A DNA stretch of 64,000 nt from positions 39,928,001 through 39,992,000 of the forward strand of contig NC_043000.1 of assembly GCF_006345805.1 (NCBI RefSeq). The letters run 5' to 3'. Shown here in pieces: positions 37,241-50,890 of this stretch. Position 1 is the stretch's first letter, and every line of letters starts with the position of its first letter. The notes below the pieces were generated by a model. That model searched no databases. It was not told the DNA's origin and saw nothing but the letters and a program-made list of their open reading frames with translations. The DNA comes from Octopus sinensis (Eukaryota). A program made the translations under genes and the position numbers.

Positions 37241-39737
37241 GTTGAATTTTCTGCTGCTTAAAATAAAGTATATATATATATAATATATATATATTTCATA
37301 TTTTGAGTTCTATTTTCCCTGTTTGCATCACCAAACACATACACACACATACATGGCCTTGCTTTTTTGCTTTTTGAGCCAAAAAATTAACTAACAAACA
37401 TATCATCATTTAACATCTGCTTCTGATGTTGGCATGAATTGGATAGTTTGACAGGAGCTGGCTAGGCAAAAGAGCCACCAGGTTTATATATATATATATA
37501 TATATATATGTAGGTGTGTGGGTGTGGGTGTGTGTGTATATGTGTGTTTCTGTTTATCCCTCCACCAACTCCACTTGACAACCAGTGTTGGTTTGTTTGT
37601 TTACATCTCCATAACCTAGCAGTTTGGCAAAAGAGTATGATAAAATAAGTAAAATACTGGAGGCAATTTGTTTGATTAAAAACCCTTCAAGATGATGCCC
37701 TAGCATGGCCACAGTCCAATGACTGAAACAAAAAAAAGATAGGTTTACTTGAGCAGAGCCAATCCAGGGATAAAATCTATTGCTAACTATAACAATAACA
37801 CAAGCCAGTAAGGGAAACTCCATGTAATTAGTTGATGTGCTTGTAGACATGTTTCATTCAAATCAAAACTACTCTTCTAAAATAAAAAATAAAATAAAAA
37901 ATAAGAATGGTATCTAAAGATTACAGTGGAAAGCCTTTGATCTAATGTATAATATAATGTAAGCCAGGTGATAAGTGGAGGGCTTTCAATGTACCTAATT
38001 CAGGGACTGGTGGCATAGCGGTCAATGTTATTCACTAGCAACTGCAGTTTAATTTTTAAAAAAAGGGAAAAAAAAAAAAAACTACTGTCATTACCACAAC
38101 CATGATCAATGGTGGGAACTTTAATGTGATCGCTTGAAATAGCAGCTAAATCTTTCTCGAATCACATCCCATCCTTAAGAAGAAAAGAACTAGACGGAAT
38201 ACTTTTGATCAAAGGTTTGCTGGATCAGGACTGACTTGGGGCTAAACCGCCACCACCATCGCCACCACCACCACCACCATCACTACTATTATTACCACAA
38301 TCTCTGCAGTAGTGTAGCATAACTGATGTCCATCTGGCTGCTCACTTTAGCAAGGAAAGAAAGCACTGTGTAAAATTATTGTTACAAACACTGTAAAATA
38401 TTGATGAATGAAGGAGGTGAAGTGAGAGGAGGTAATCCATGTAAGGTATCAAATGATACAGCAGCAATAGTAGCAACTCTGGCTTTATTTATTTATCTAT
38501 TTATTTATTCATTGAACTGCTCTATTTTTGTGCTAGTAACACAAGTATCATAGTTGACTTGCCGTTATCAAAGGAGCTAATTAAAACAGCTAAAGACAAC
38601 AACAATATTAATTAGAATATCATACATTCCAACAAAAGCTATGTAATTTATAAGGTAGGGAGGAGTACAGTCAATGGAACCGATGACCCCAAAACACATG
38701 ATTGGTGATCTATTTTCATCAGCTTAGAAACTCCGAGAGTGGAAATAAAAAGCAAAATCGATGGATGCTGGACAGATTTGAACACAGAACGTGGAGGGAC
38801 TAAACTATATACTTGCTTAAGCATTTAGTTTCTATGACACTCTGCAAGCTTTCTGCCAACAACAATAGTTTAAAGAAAGAGTCACTATTCCAACAAACTT
38901 TTAATGGAGTGACCCCATTTTAGCAAATCAATACATTCTTGATTGATTCTTTTATAATTTACTATGACCAAAACTAACAAAAAAATTATAGAAAACTATT
39001 ATCTTTTATTGTTTACTTGTTTCTGTCATTGGACTGAACTACTAAGTTACAGGGAAATAAACTGGAAAGTTGTGGGTAGCGGACTTCAGTAAAGGCATTG
39101 TAGATGTAACCATCCTATACTTTTATATTATTTTGTTGTCCAATGTGTTCCACTTCCTTCTTTAAAATGGTAGGTAGGGTGTGAAATCAAAGTTTATCTG
39201 CTATTTCTAGCAGGTCGAGTGACAGGCACACGTGTGTGTGTGCGTGCGCGCATGTGTGTGTGCTTATGTGAAGTGTAACAAGGTATGCAAAGGTTACAGT
39301 GTACTGATTGGATCGGGATAAGTGCATGCACACTGAGATGAAACTATCAGAAGATGTCTGGGGTGAATGAAATATAGAGATTGGAACAGAGAATGTGCTG
39401 CCGAGTGGAACGGACAAGACACGTTAACTCACTTTGCAGATGCTTGACTTGCTAGAAATAACTTCCACATCTACAGATCATATTCTCTCAACTTACATAA
39501 AGGACATTTTGGACATTGGGGTCTCTGGTACGCAAAAAGACTGGATGGTTACATTTACAATATATTTGACCTCAGGTTGACCAAACCAGATCAGATCAGC
39601 ACTCATCAACTGGAGCCAAACAACAACAATCATAGCCTGTCTCTTTACAGTAGAGTATAGTGTCCTAGCATGGATGGACTTCCAGTTCAGGTATACGTCT
39701 CCTTTGTTGGGTATTGTTGGAGGTAAAGGGGCAACTG

Positions 39738-40010
39738 GCCTATCATCATCATCATCATCGTTTAACGTCCGCTTTCCATGCTAGCATGGGTTGGACGATT
39801 TTGACTGAGAGCTGGCGAACCAGATGGCTGCACCAGGCTCCAATCTTGATCTGGCAGAGTTTCTACAGCTGGATGCCCTTTCTGACACCAACTACTCCGA
39901 GAGTGTAGTGGGTGCTTTTTACGTGCCACTGGCACAGGGGCCAGTCAGGCAGTACTGGCAACAACCTCACTCGAATATTTTTACACATGCCACTGGCACA
40001 GGTGCCAGTA
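39738..40010 (-). mobile_element. Family A RTE tail
   Basis: (cat)n-cgtttaacgtccgctttccatgctagcatgggttggacg... Confidence 0.85.
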
Positions 40011-40859
40011 CTTTTGTATTATTTTAGATAGGAGAGAAAGAAGAACGAAATGATTTTAGGGAGCTATGATGGTAAGTGCACAGCTGACTAGTAGCTGTTT
40101 AGTCCAATCAGCCATGATCAAACAGATCTGTGATTTAAGGTAGTTCAGCTGTAACCAAATATGATACGCAGCATACTATATCTAGAATGACATTATCCAA
40201 TGTGTTCTTTTTCACCTTTTTAATGGCAAGGTGTGATTTGGCTTCTATTTGCAGCAAATCAAATGACTACATAGGAATTTGCTTGTTAGCTCATATATAG
40301 TAACTGTTGTTGATGTTTAACCCCAAGGTAGCTCTAGAAGAGCCAACCCATAATTAAAGATTTTCTAACAGTGACAACTGCCTTATCCTAAATGTATTTC
40401 ACATTTTAAAGATGATAGAATGAATTTAAGGAAATTTAACTTATTTCTAGCAAACTGAGTAACTACAGAGAAGCTCCCGCATGTTTTGACAAGAGCTGTC
40501 TGGGCTCCATTTATCTGTTCTGGGAGGATTTCTACAGCTGGATGCCTTTCCTAATGTCAACCACTTTACAGAGTGTGCTGGGTGATTTTATGTGGCACCA
40601 GCACCCACAAGCCTGCAAGATCAGGATCACTCAGCTAAGAGAAGGATGTGGAGGGCATGCCTATGTGCATGGGCACGGACAGAAATCAAATGTTTGTTCT
40701 GTATGTCATAAACAGTAATACTACTAAGTATAATGGTAACCAAACTACTAGATGATGATGATGACGATGATCTAGTTAGAGCTCTAAACTCAATAGTAGC
40801 AGTTGGGAAGCCAGCATGCTTCACTGAATGTGCAATGTTAGCTTGCATGTATGCAAAGT

Positions 40860-40990
40860 GTTGAGAAAATTGAGTAAAGAGGCATCAAATGTAGTATGCA
40901 AGAGAAAAGACTGTGCTGCATAAAGACAGATGAAGACAGCTGCACAAAGAGGAGATGTTGTCTAAATGTGGAGGCTGTGCTGCACAGAGA
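40860..40990 (+). mobile_element. RTE coding fragment
   Basis: GIKCSMQEKRLCC..TDEDSCTKRRCCLNVEA resembles the RTE C-terminal block at 12255. Confidence 0.55.
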
Positions 40991-41422
40991 TGACAAAAGA
41001 CCAATATGATTGGCAATTTACTATACTTAAGAAGACACATCCCAAAATCAAGACCACAAAGGCATGTCCTTTATGTCCAAGTCCCTGCAGGTAATCTCTC
41101 CCAAACAAACTGCTCCCCAACATTCCATCTTCCTAACACCTCCCCCTCCCTCCACCTGTACTTGCTGTAATCCCCCTTCCCTCTATCACCCACTCTCTCT
41201 TGTGAACCTACATGCACACACTACATCCCTGTTGAATCTCTCCCCCTCCCCTTAACTTGTGTCCACTCGCTACATTCCTCCCTCACCTCCATCTCCCACT
41301 TTCCTTTCGCAAATTCATGAACTTAATCACCCATTCACTCTATACCCTTGTTCCGCTTCACTAACGAACACCTCGCTGCAACGTGACTGTATGCTCTGTC
41401 ATAACTTCATCTAATTTCTCCT

Positions 41423-41455
<33 letters not shown>

Positions 41456-42099
41456 AACACATACTCTCTTCCCTTCCTATATCCAACTGAGGTAGCCATG
41501 TATATTCTCCACTGCAAGGCATCTATTCCTGTTCCTCTAGTCATACATTAACCTCTCATCTCCTGGCATAAAGCCACCTCCCTCAAAACCCATCTCAGCT
41601 GAGGGGTTTTGTCTTGGAAGTTACTTGGTGACCACTGCTGTTGGTGCCATGTTGAAAGCATTGAGTACACTCCATACAAAGTGGTTGCCATTAAGAAGGG
41701 CATCCAGCTGAAGAAACCATGCTAAAGCAAACAGTAGAGCTTGGTGCTGCCTTCTCGCTTGCCAGCTTCTGTCAAACCATCCAACTCATGCCATCATTGA
41801 ATGAGGATGTTAAAAGATGATGATGATGATGACACACAAAGCACAGGCAAGCATACATAGATAGGTGGATATATCATTTGGCAACTTATTTGAGCAAAAG
41901 ATGTAAACATTGTCAAAACAATAAACTGATACTCTTGCATTAAGTCTCTTGCAATATTTGTTCCACCCACGTTTCACAGACAATCCTGAATAACTTTTAA
42001 CACAGTAAATGCAATAAATAGGTGTTTGGTCCATTGGAAGTCTATTGTTGAAGATACTATTGTTTGCATAGCTGCATGATATTAAATAATATAAATAAG

Positions 42100-42855
42100 G
42101 TGCAGATATGGTTGAGTGTTAAGAAGTTTGCTTCCCAGTCACATGGTTCCAGGTTCAATCCCACTGCATAACACCATTAGGGCAAGTGTCTCTGAGCCCT
42201 AGGCCAACCAAAGCCTTGTGAGTGGATTTGGTAGATGGAAACTGAAAGAATCTTGCCCTGTATATACATACACACAGAAGTATGTATGGATGGGTGTCAT
42301 TCAGTTTTATTTCAAGAGTTCTTGCCAATAGAGAAAGAGGCAGTTTCTAACCTAGATCCAAAGCTCCTTCATTGGAATTTCAACAACATCAACAGGATAT
42401 TTTTGTATGTGTGTATGTATATGAGCAGATTTGTGTGTTTTATCTTATGTATGTTTTCTCATGCATATAGTTGCATGTCTAGACATGCTCATATATACTT
42501 AAATGATAAACTTCTGGAAAGTTTTACGTGATTTTTATATAGTTCCAAGTGATGGATCTGTAGTGTCTTTGAATCAGCTTTCTGTCTGTGTGCCTGTCTG
42601 TAAGCATGCATGCATGCGTGCTACTGTCTCCTTGCCTTGATATAGCATGATAATTGTAAAATGTATGTCACAGCCATGCAAGTGGTTTCCAATCTTCAGT
42701 GAAAACATGTCTAGTTATGGGGAAATAGGAAATATTACTTTATCTGGAAACAGACAAGTGTCAAAGAGCAATCTGGCCACAGGAAATCTACCTTAACAAA
42801 TACTGTGTGATTCATGCAAGCATGGCAAAATGGATGTGATGGTGATGATGATGAA
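42100..42855 (+). mobile_element. CORE-headed SINE with RTE-like tail (family F), similar copy at about 52200-52600
   Basis: aagaagtttgcttcccag...gggcaagtg head; ccttgatatagcatga...ggggaaata...catgcaagcatgg...(gat)n tail. Confidence 0.6.
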
Positions 42856-43248
42856 ATAAAACAAGTGAATGTCAAAATAGATAAAAAGAATTCACATACC
42901 ACTCAGAACATAGAGGTGTGGATTGATCTTCAGGAAGGAATTCTTGGGAACTGCCTGAACAAGTTGTTGCTAGTGGTCACTGAAATGATAGAGAAATAAC
43001 ACGGTTGATAAAACTGCAGATTTCAAAACACAAACACTCATTGAGAGAGAGAGAGAGAGATAGGTTGTATTTGTAGTGGGATAAGCGAGCATGTGAAAGT
43101 GACAAAAAGAAAGAGTACCCCATTTTATAAGGACATGAGTGCAAATATACAGTGATTTCATTTATTCCCAATGCAGCTATGCTGGAACACTGTCCTTAAG
43201 GGCTATTAGTCAATAATATAAGCACTAGTGATTATTTCAGTCAGTATA

Positions 43249-43279
<31 letters not shown>

Positions 43280-43929
43280 GAGGAGAGAGAATAGCAAACT
43301 GAACTAAGCACAGAGATAAACTTGATCAATGAAAAATCCTTCAAAGCAAAGCTTCAGTATGACTATTATCCAATGAGTGGAATTAGTAAAAAGTGAGAGA
43401 GAGAATGTGTGTGTGAGTGTGCATGAATGTATGAGTGTGTGTCTGAGTGGGTGTGTGTTTTCTGCTTAATGATATGAACATCAACAAGAAAACCTGATGG
43501 AAAATATTTTTTAAAATTCAATCAAATCAATCTATTATTTGTAGTTATTTAATCAAATCAGTTATTGGTAGTTATTTTATCAATTTGTGAAGGTAGGAGA
43601 GTCAAAACCCAAAGTGCGCCCAAGAAGGTGATAATGGTTTTTGATGTCGGGACAAGAGAGACAAAAGGTACAGTTGAATAAGTCAATGCAGTACTTCACT
43701 GGTATCTATCTTAATGAGCCTGAATTGATGTATATGACAGTTGGCACTGACAAGATTTAAACTAAAAATAAAAGCAACCGTAATAACAGCATTAATAATG
43801 AAACACTGAACTAGATACAACAAAAATAGAAAACTGCACTCTTTGCACTTGGCTATATTTCTAGTTCAGACAGAGTAAATGATTTTTGCTGTGAGGAAGT
43901 GGTGAAGTTTAACATTTTGGATATAGGTG

Positions 43930-44330
43930 TAAGCATGGATGTGTGGTAAAAAGTTTGTTTTCCAACCCCTGCTTCTGGGTTCAGTCTCATTGTGTGGCAC
44001 CTTGGACAAATATCTTCTATAGCCTCGGACCCACCAAAGCCTTGTGAGAGGATTTGACAGATGGAGACTGAAAGAAGCCTGTCATATATATGTGTGTGTA
44101 CATGCATCTATGTATGTCTGTGTTTTTGTGTCTGTCCCCCCACCACTGCTTGGCAACTGGTGCTGATGTGTTTACATCTGCATAACTTAGTGGTTTGGCA
44201 AAAGAGACTGATAGAATAAGTACCAGGCTTAAAAGAGGAATAAGTACTGGGGTCAATTTGTGTGACTAAAATTCTTCTAATCAGTGCCCCAGTATGACTA
44301 CAGTCTAATGACAGAAACAAATAAAAGATA
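43930..44330 (+). mobile_element. SINE family C
   Basis: atgtgtggtaaaaagtttg...ggagactgaaagaagcc...cttagtggtttggcaaaagagactgatagaataagtacc. Confidence 0.75.
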
Positions 44331-47204
44331 CCTTTCTTCTCCAAAAATAAAGAATAAAGAAAAAAGTTCTAACACTAAACTGCAAAATAATGCTTGTATC
44401 ATTTTCTAAGTCATTTAAAATGACTTATTTGATGGCATATAAGATGTTTATTTTCCCACAAAAATAACTCAAGAAAAAGAAAAATCACCCCCAATATATG
44501 TGAAGGGCTTCCTGAATATGATGAAGTGCATTTTGTATGCTATCATATATAGTAATAATTATAATTTCAAAGAGAGGCACAAAACCATAGATTTGGGGTA
44601 GGCTATGAAGTTGATTAAGTTGACTACTAGTTTATTTTATTGACTCTCCAGGAAAATAAAAGACAAAATTGATCTCAGTAGGAACTAGAATCAGGATATA
44701 AAAAGATTGAACAAAATACCACAAGGCATCTATCTTGTTGTGATCCTGTCACTCTACTGCCAGCACTGTATCTGATGCTCTAAAGATTCTACCAATTTGC
44801 TGCTGCTGTTTTGTAACATGCTCTCTGGCAACTGTACCTCAATAACTCTTTCTCATTTTAAAACATGTCTCTCCCCACCACATAATTTTTAGGGGAAGCC
44901 AGAGAAGCGAACTGAATTAAACCTAGAATTTTTATTACTGAGACATATTTTTAACAAAAGGAAAGTGAACCTCATTTGAAACTGAACTCATGATTAGCAT
45001 GTTTGCCACATAAACAACAAAGTTTCCTTGGTGCTGTAGTTTAGCCCCAGGAAAGCCTTGACTGAATTGATACATAAATGATCAAAGGCATTTTAGTCAT
45101 AGCTATCTCTTTCTCTTTTAGACTCAGTACATCTATGATAACATTATCCAATGTATTTTGCCTGTTTTTGTTTTTGCTTTGTTTTTGGTTCTTTCAAAGA
45201 ATATTTCAGCTGCTATTTCTTGGAGGGTGAGCAACTATGTTAGAGGATCCTCCGATTGGTCAAAACAAGATGTGTCATCAGACACTCACCATGTTCTATA
45301 GGAGAGAGGCGTTAGGGATGGGTGAGTTAAGATGTGGGGTGGATTTGGTGAAGTAAGGGTGGAAGCAAAGAAGTAGGGGAAGAGAGGCAGAGATGAGCTG
45401 AAAAAAAATGTAAAGGGGTAGAAGGTAGGACATAGAGAGGAGAGTGTATATGGCTGGGTGTTTAAAGCTACAACATTCTCTCCACCACCACCACCCACAC
45501 CCTGACAACCATTTCTCTCCCTCAACACAGGCAATGATTTTACTATTATCAAGATATATGGAGTGGTGCAGGAAATTGACTGTAGAGAATAAAACATGAC
45601 AACCAGAATCTACAGAACCAGACATGGAGAGAAGGATAGGGAGCTGAGATAAATAGAATTGGCGGGAAGAGTGGAAGGTGGATAGAAAGAGGGAAAGTGT
45701 GTTAGGGAACTAGTGACAGCTGACTTTAATGAGAGAGAGAGAGAGGGACTCTCCTTGCCCACCTGGTCTTCCCTTATTGGCAGCTGTAAAAAATGCATAT
45801 GCATTATTGGAGAGGGAGATAGTAGAATAAGGAGGTCGTGAGGTGACAATTAATAGCGAGGGGGGGGGCGATTATGAGTCAGAGAAACAAACAAAGAACT
45901 GGTCACTGAGAAAGAAAGAGAGGGGAAAGGGAGAGAGACAGTGAGCCACAATAAGAAAAAAAACACAATACAAAGATTTATTCACAAACATGCACACATG
46001 TGCATCCATACATATCTGTAACAAATTATCAACACCCATGCAAGCCTTGTATATGTAAATTATTGATACTCAGTGTGAACATATACAAATTACCATCACA
46101 TGCATACTCTCGTGCCTACATAAACACATACATACATAAATCATATAATCATACAGCAATGCCCATGATTGATAGATAACAAAAGGAAGAAAAAAAATGA
46201 AGAAAGCTCAGTAGGAGGAAGGGGAGTGCATGAAACTGTAAACAGAGAGTGATGGTGGTGGTGGAGTTGTTGGAGGTAGAAATGACATATGCATGTGTAT
46301 GGCTCTGAATGTAAATAACAAAGTGACCGTGACCTACATAAATGACCTCCAAAAGAAGGAGCTTCAAGGAGGTCACATGAACTGCAAGAAACAGTAGTTA
46401 GATATCTTACTGCACTATTTTGAAAAAAGAAAGAAAGAACACATTAGACAATGTTATCCTAGATACATTATTATAGCCAAAAAAAAACTAAAAAAAAAAT
46501 TAAAGGGGAGATAATCATGTTTAGATCACCTTTGATCAGCCAGATTTGAGTTATCAATGTCAATTACCACTGATAGGCACAGGAGCACATAACAGGAAAT
46601 AAGTTTTGCGACTCTGTAATAAAAAATATTCAATCTACCGTTAAGAAAAAATTGAGTGAGTCTCTACTTGGTCGCTGAAAATAGCCATCAAAACTTCAAA
46701 TCATATGCAACTATGTCTATCACACCTCTAAATAGCTGCTTGATTTGCTAGAAACCACAACTAAATAAATCTCCCTGATATCACAAAACCACATACTCCT
46801 ATCAAAGAAAGAAAAAAGTGGATTAAATAATGTAGTCCTAGACATAATGTGTCTCATAAAAGACATCAGTGCTGGAATGCTCTTGATCTATGTCTGGTTG
46901 ACTAGGCTGACCTGGGATTAAACTGAAGATACTGGATAATGTTAAAGCAGAAATAAGAAACTTACGAATTAACTCTTCTTCATGCTTTGATATGCATATA
47001 TTGCAAGTTCTATAACTGCAAAGTCAGTAGTAATTGGTCATAAAGATAAGACCTACAGCTTGATCAGTCAGAGTGTCCCTTAATTTGAAACCATTAAGCA
47101 GATTATTTTGAGGTACTTTATATTTAACCTTCAGTTATGCATTGTTATTTCTTTGTTATGTAAATGCTTGGTACCACCATTCCTATCCAGAAACAATGTC
47201 TCTT

Positions 47205-47465
47205 GTCTTGTCTTGAGACAGCATTCACCCGGGGTGGGTTGAGCTGGCTTCATTCATCCTCAATGCTGCATCTCTCACAAATGCCGACCAGGCCTGGCGA
47301 TTTGAGGCTAACGACCATGTGATCTCCAACCACTCCCTATTCCAGCGGTGAATGCCGTAGACATAGGGGCCTAGGTTGGGTTCCAGATCAGCCTTGACTG
47401 TCATCAACCAGGTTTTTTGTTGTCCACCACATCACTTTCGCCAACCCTGAAGGGGAGCTGGGGCA
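47205..47465 (-). mobile_element. 3' end of a second RTE-clade LINE
   Basis: APLQGWRK*CGGQQKTWLMTVKADLEPNLGPYVYGIHRWNREW...LASNRQAWSAFVRDA followed by a (CAAGA)n tail. Confidence 0.75.
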
Positions 47466-49321
47466 ATTGCTTCATAGATGAATTCTCCAGAAACAATGTG
47501 TAATTCAATACTAAATAAAATCATTTCCAGAATAAAAAAAATACATATTTATTCCTACTTAAACATGGATGTTCTGTTAGAATAAACTTTACTGTAGTAG
47601 ATACCATGAGAGGAACTCTCATATAGGCTTTTGGTGCAAAATGCATGCTTGTGCATGTCACTAGCAGGGAGAGAAATCCCCACCAAATCCAGCACCAAGA
47701 CCACCAGATCAGGTGATTTTTGACCTTCCTTAGATTGTTGCTTATCATAATGGATTCCTTATTAGATTTACCAGAAATTATTTGTGTCCCTAACAGGAAG
47801 AGTTCTACTGAAAAACAGGTGTTGCATGTCATTTTCACTTGGAATGGAATGCTAAAGTTTTTGGCATCAAACAAATACCCACCAAATTTTATGACTATCT
47901 GATTATGGCTCCTCCAAGAAAATGGTTGCAATAATTACAAACAAATGCTGCAGATAATTAAAATGGGAGAAAAAATTGCCCCCTTTTTATTGTGATTACT
48001 TTGTCAGTTATCATACCATTCTTCATGCTATAATCAGACAACAAAGTATCATCAAACTCATACATCCTTGATAATGTCCTGTTCTATAGATGAGGAAATG
48101 CAGTTTAAAAAAAAAAAAGGTTTAACACTGAAATTATAAACTTTGTTATGGAAGTTAGAAGCAACACTGTTCTCATTACAAGGAATGGGATTGGAACATG
48201 GCCCATTCCAACCAAATCAGGTCTAAATAAGCCAGAACATGAACTGCGTGAAATGCAGAACAATAGGCTCAAACCTTGAGTGAAAGATTCTTAGGAGGAG
48301 TACTTGATCTACCTGGAGTATTAAGCCCTTACTTTTCAGATATTGGTATCAGATGATATCATATAGTAGAAATATGAACTTTTAGTATGAATAAATTCGA
48401 TACTACATGCCTATATATGAAATTATGTAAGTGAATGGCCAATGATGGAAGTGGTGAAAACAAGACATTCCATTATATTATACTGAACCTTCATGTTTTG
48501 ATTCTTGTTGAGCTATTTATTGTTGTATCAAAATTCTTGTATTAGTGAATTATTTACCTAATAACAAAACAACAATACAGGGAATTTAGGTTTCAGCAGA
48601 AAGCATAGAGAATCTCAACCAGTATTATCTGTCAATAAAAATGCTGATGAATTTTAAGTTGTTTAGCAAAGACATTCCAGTTGCGATAAACCGGTATTTT
48701 GTAACAACTTTCAAGTAAATTCTGGTACCAGATTCAAAGTACAAGAAGAATAGATAAGCATAAAGAACACAGGAAATGGGAAGTAAGAGAGTAACACTGA
48801 GGACATGTTGTGAGAGGAGGTAGTGAAAATATGTAGAGTACAAATGAGGAAATGTGAGGTGATAGTGTGACTGAGAGGACATGAGTGAGATGATTGTGGA
48901 ATTAGATGTGAGGATGGCCGTGAGAGTACAGTGTGTGTGTGTGCATGTGCACCTGTGTGTGTGTATGCGTGTGGTGCAGGGAAAGAATGCTGTGACCTTC
49001 AAGACATGGTGTCTCCATTTCACTGTCAAATCTACTTCTGGTTTTATTTCTTCATGTCTCAGTCAGACATACACATACGCACACTACTTCCCATCAAAAG
49101 CAACAGCATTAAATTTAATTTTTAAGAGAACGAATAAAAAAATTCTTGGCTGGGAAATTAGGGAAAAGACACCATGCCTATAATATTTTTTGATCATCTT
49201 TTACTTCAGTTGCTCCAAATACGTCACGTCATTGGTATGTAAAAATTGAACTGAGAATGCTAATTTTACACACATACATACATGGGTATATACATACACA
49301 ATAATGTACTATATGTATGTA

Positions 49322-49361
<40 letters not shown>

Positions 49362-49777
49362 CGCACACACACATATGTATGTGCATCAAATTATCTATAG
49401 AGAAGCATGTATATAAATAAATGATTACATGTATGAGTATGCAAGTATATTGATATACACAACCGCTTCTAGACAACGAAAAGAAACTCATGGCCTAAAA
49501 AGAGAAAAAACATTCCTTGTCAGTGATTGGTCTGATTAATGATGACGTAGACTTTAAACCCACCACTAGACAGGCACAACGAATAAAAAAGGGGAGGGAG
49601 AGAGAGATAAAGAAAACGAGAAAGAAGCATAAAGACAAAAAGAGATTCTCTTCTAGTTTTCTCTGTCTTATCCCAATCTGTTTCTGATTGACAATAAGTC
49701 TATCTATCCACCTGTCTATTTTAACCTTCTACTTACTTACCTCTCTCTCTCTCTCATCTACCTCCATGTAGCCTGCT

Positions 49778-50089
49778 ATCTCTCACTCTACCTTTCAAAT
49801 CTCTATCTCTCACTCTACCTTTCAAATCTCTATCTCTCACTCTACCTTTCAAATCTCTATCTCTCACTCTACCTTTCAAATCTCTATCTCTCACTCTACC
49901 TTTCAAATCTCTATCTCTCACTCTACCTTTCAAATCTCTATCTCTCACTCTACCTTTCAAATCTCTATCTCTCACTCTACCTTTCAAATCTCTATCTCTC
50001 ACTCTACCTTTCAAATCTCTATCTCTCACTCTACCTTTCAAATCTCTATCTCTCACTCTACCTTTCAAATCTCTATCTCTCACTCTACC
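49778..50089. repeat. Perfect 27-bp minisatellite, about 11.5 copies
   Basis: Unit ctctatctctcactctacctttcaaat, identical copies. Confidence 0.97.
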
Positions 50090-50194
50090 TATCAATCTCT
50101 CTCACTCTTATCTATCACTTGTCTCTGGCTATCTATCATCTGTCTCTGTATGTATCTATCTGTATCTGCATCTCTCTCTCTCTCTCCCTATATC

Positions 50195-50244
<50 letters not shown>

Positions 50245-50658
50245 CATTCATCCACCTATCCATCTAAGAGACTTAGCTGGCTGCTTTTATATCTGTCCAT
50301 TTTTTTTGTCATATAGTTCTAGGTAAGCCTGAATTTAGAAGACAGATTATTGATTGATCAAAGACATTCCAACCGACCACTTTCTTTATATATTTATATT
50401 TCAGACATGGTGCATCTAGAACTATATTATCCAATATTATCCTTACTAAAAGACTGAAGGGTGTGTGATCTGAAAGAGATTTGACTGCTATTTCTAGCCA
50501 ATTGATCAACTACATGATGACCCCTTCTGTAATGATAAGGTTAACTCTAACCCCATATCCTAATACTCTATGCTGCAATAATCAGAAAGATCCATCAGAA
50601 AACAATTTAGGTTAACTGGCACATTTTTAGATAAAGTCACTGTTGTTGTATTGCTCCT

Positions 50659-50890
50659 TATTTCTTTACTACCCACAAAGGGCTAAACACAGAGGGGACA
50701 AACAAGGACAGACAAACGGGTTAAGTCGATTATATCGACCCCAGTGCATAACTGGTACTTATTTAATCGACCCTGAAAGGATGAAAGGCAAAGTCGATCA
50801 CGGTGGAATTTGAACTCAGAACGTAGCTGCAGACGAAATATCGCTAAGTATTTCGTCTGGTGTGCTAATGTTTCTACCAGCTCACTGCCT
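50659..50890 (-). mobile_element. Full-length SINE family B with 13-bp TSD
   Basis: ttgtattgctcct at 50646-50658 and 50891-50903. Confidence 0.85.

Noticed and set aside
47521-47931. 136-aa minus-strand ORF
   Set aside because: No recognisable motif or exon boundaries; the length is within what chance can give in 64 kb.
49215-49560. CRE-like (acgtca, tgacgt) and reverse CCAAT motifs as a promoter
   Set aside because: Short motifs only; no CpG island or downstream exon identified.
49754-50095. 113-aa (GRVRDRDLK)n ORF
   Set aside because: A by-product of a 27-bp stop-free repeat; no synonymous variation and no splice or promoter support.
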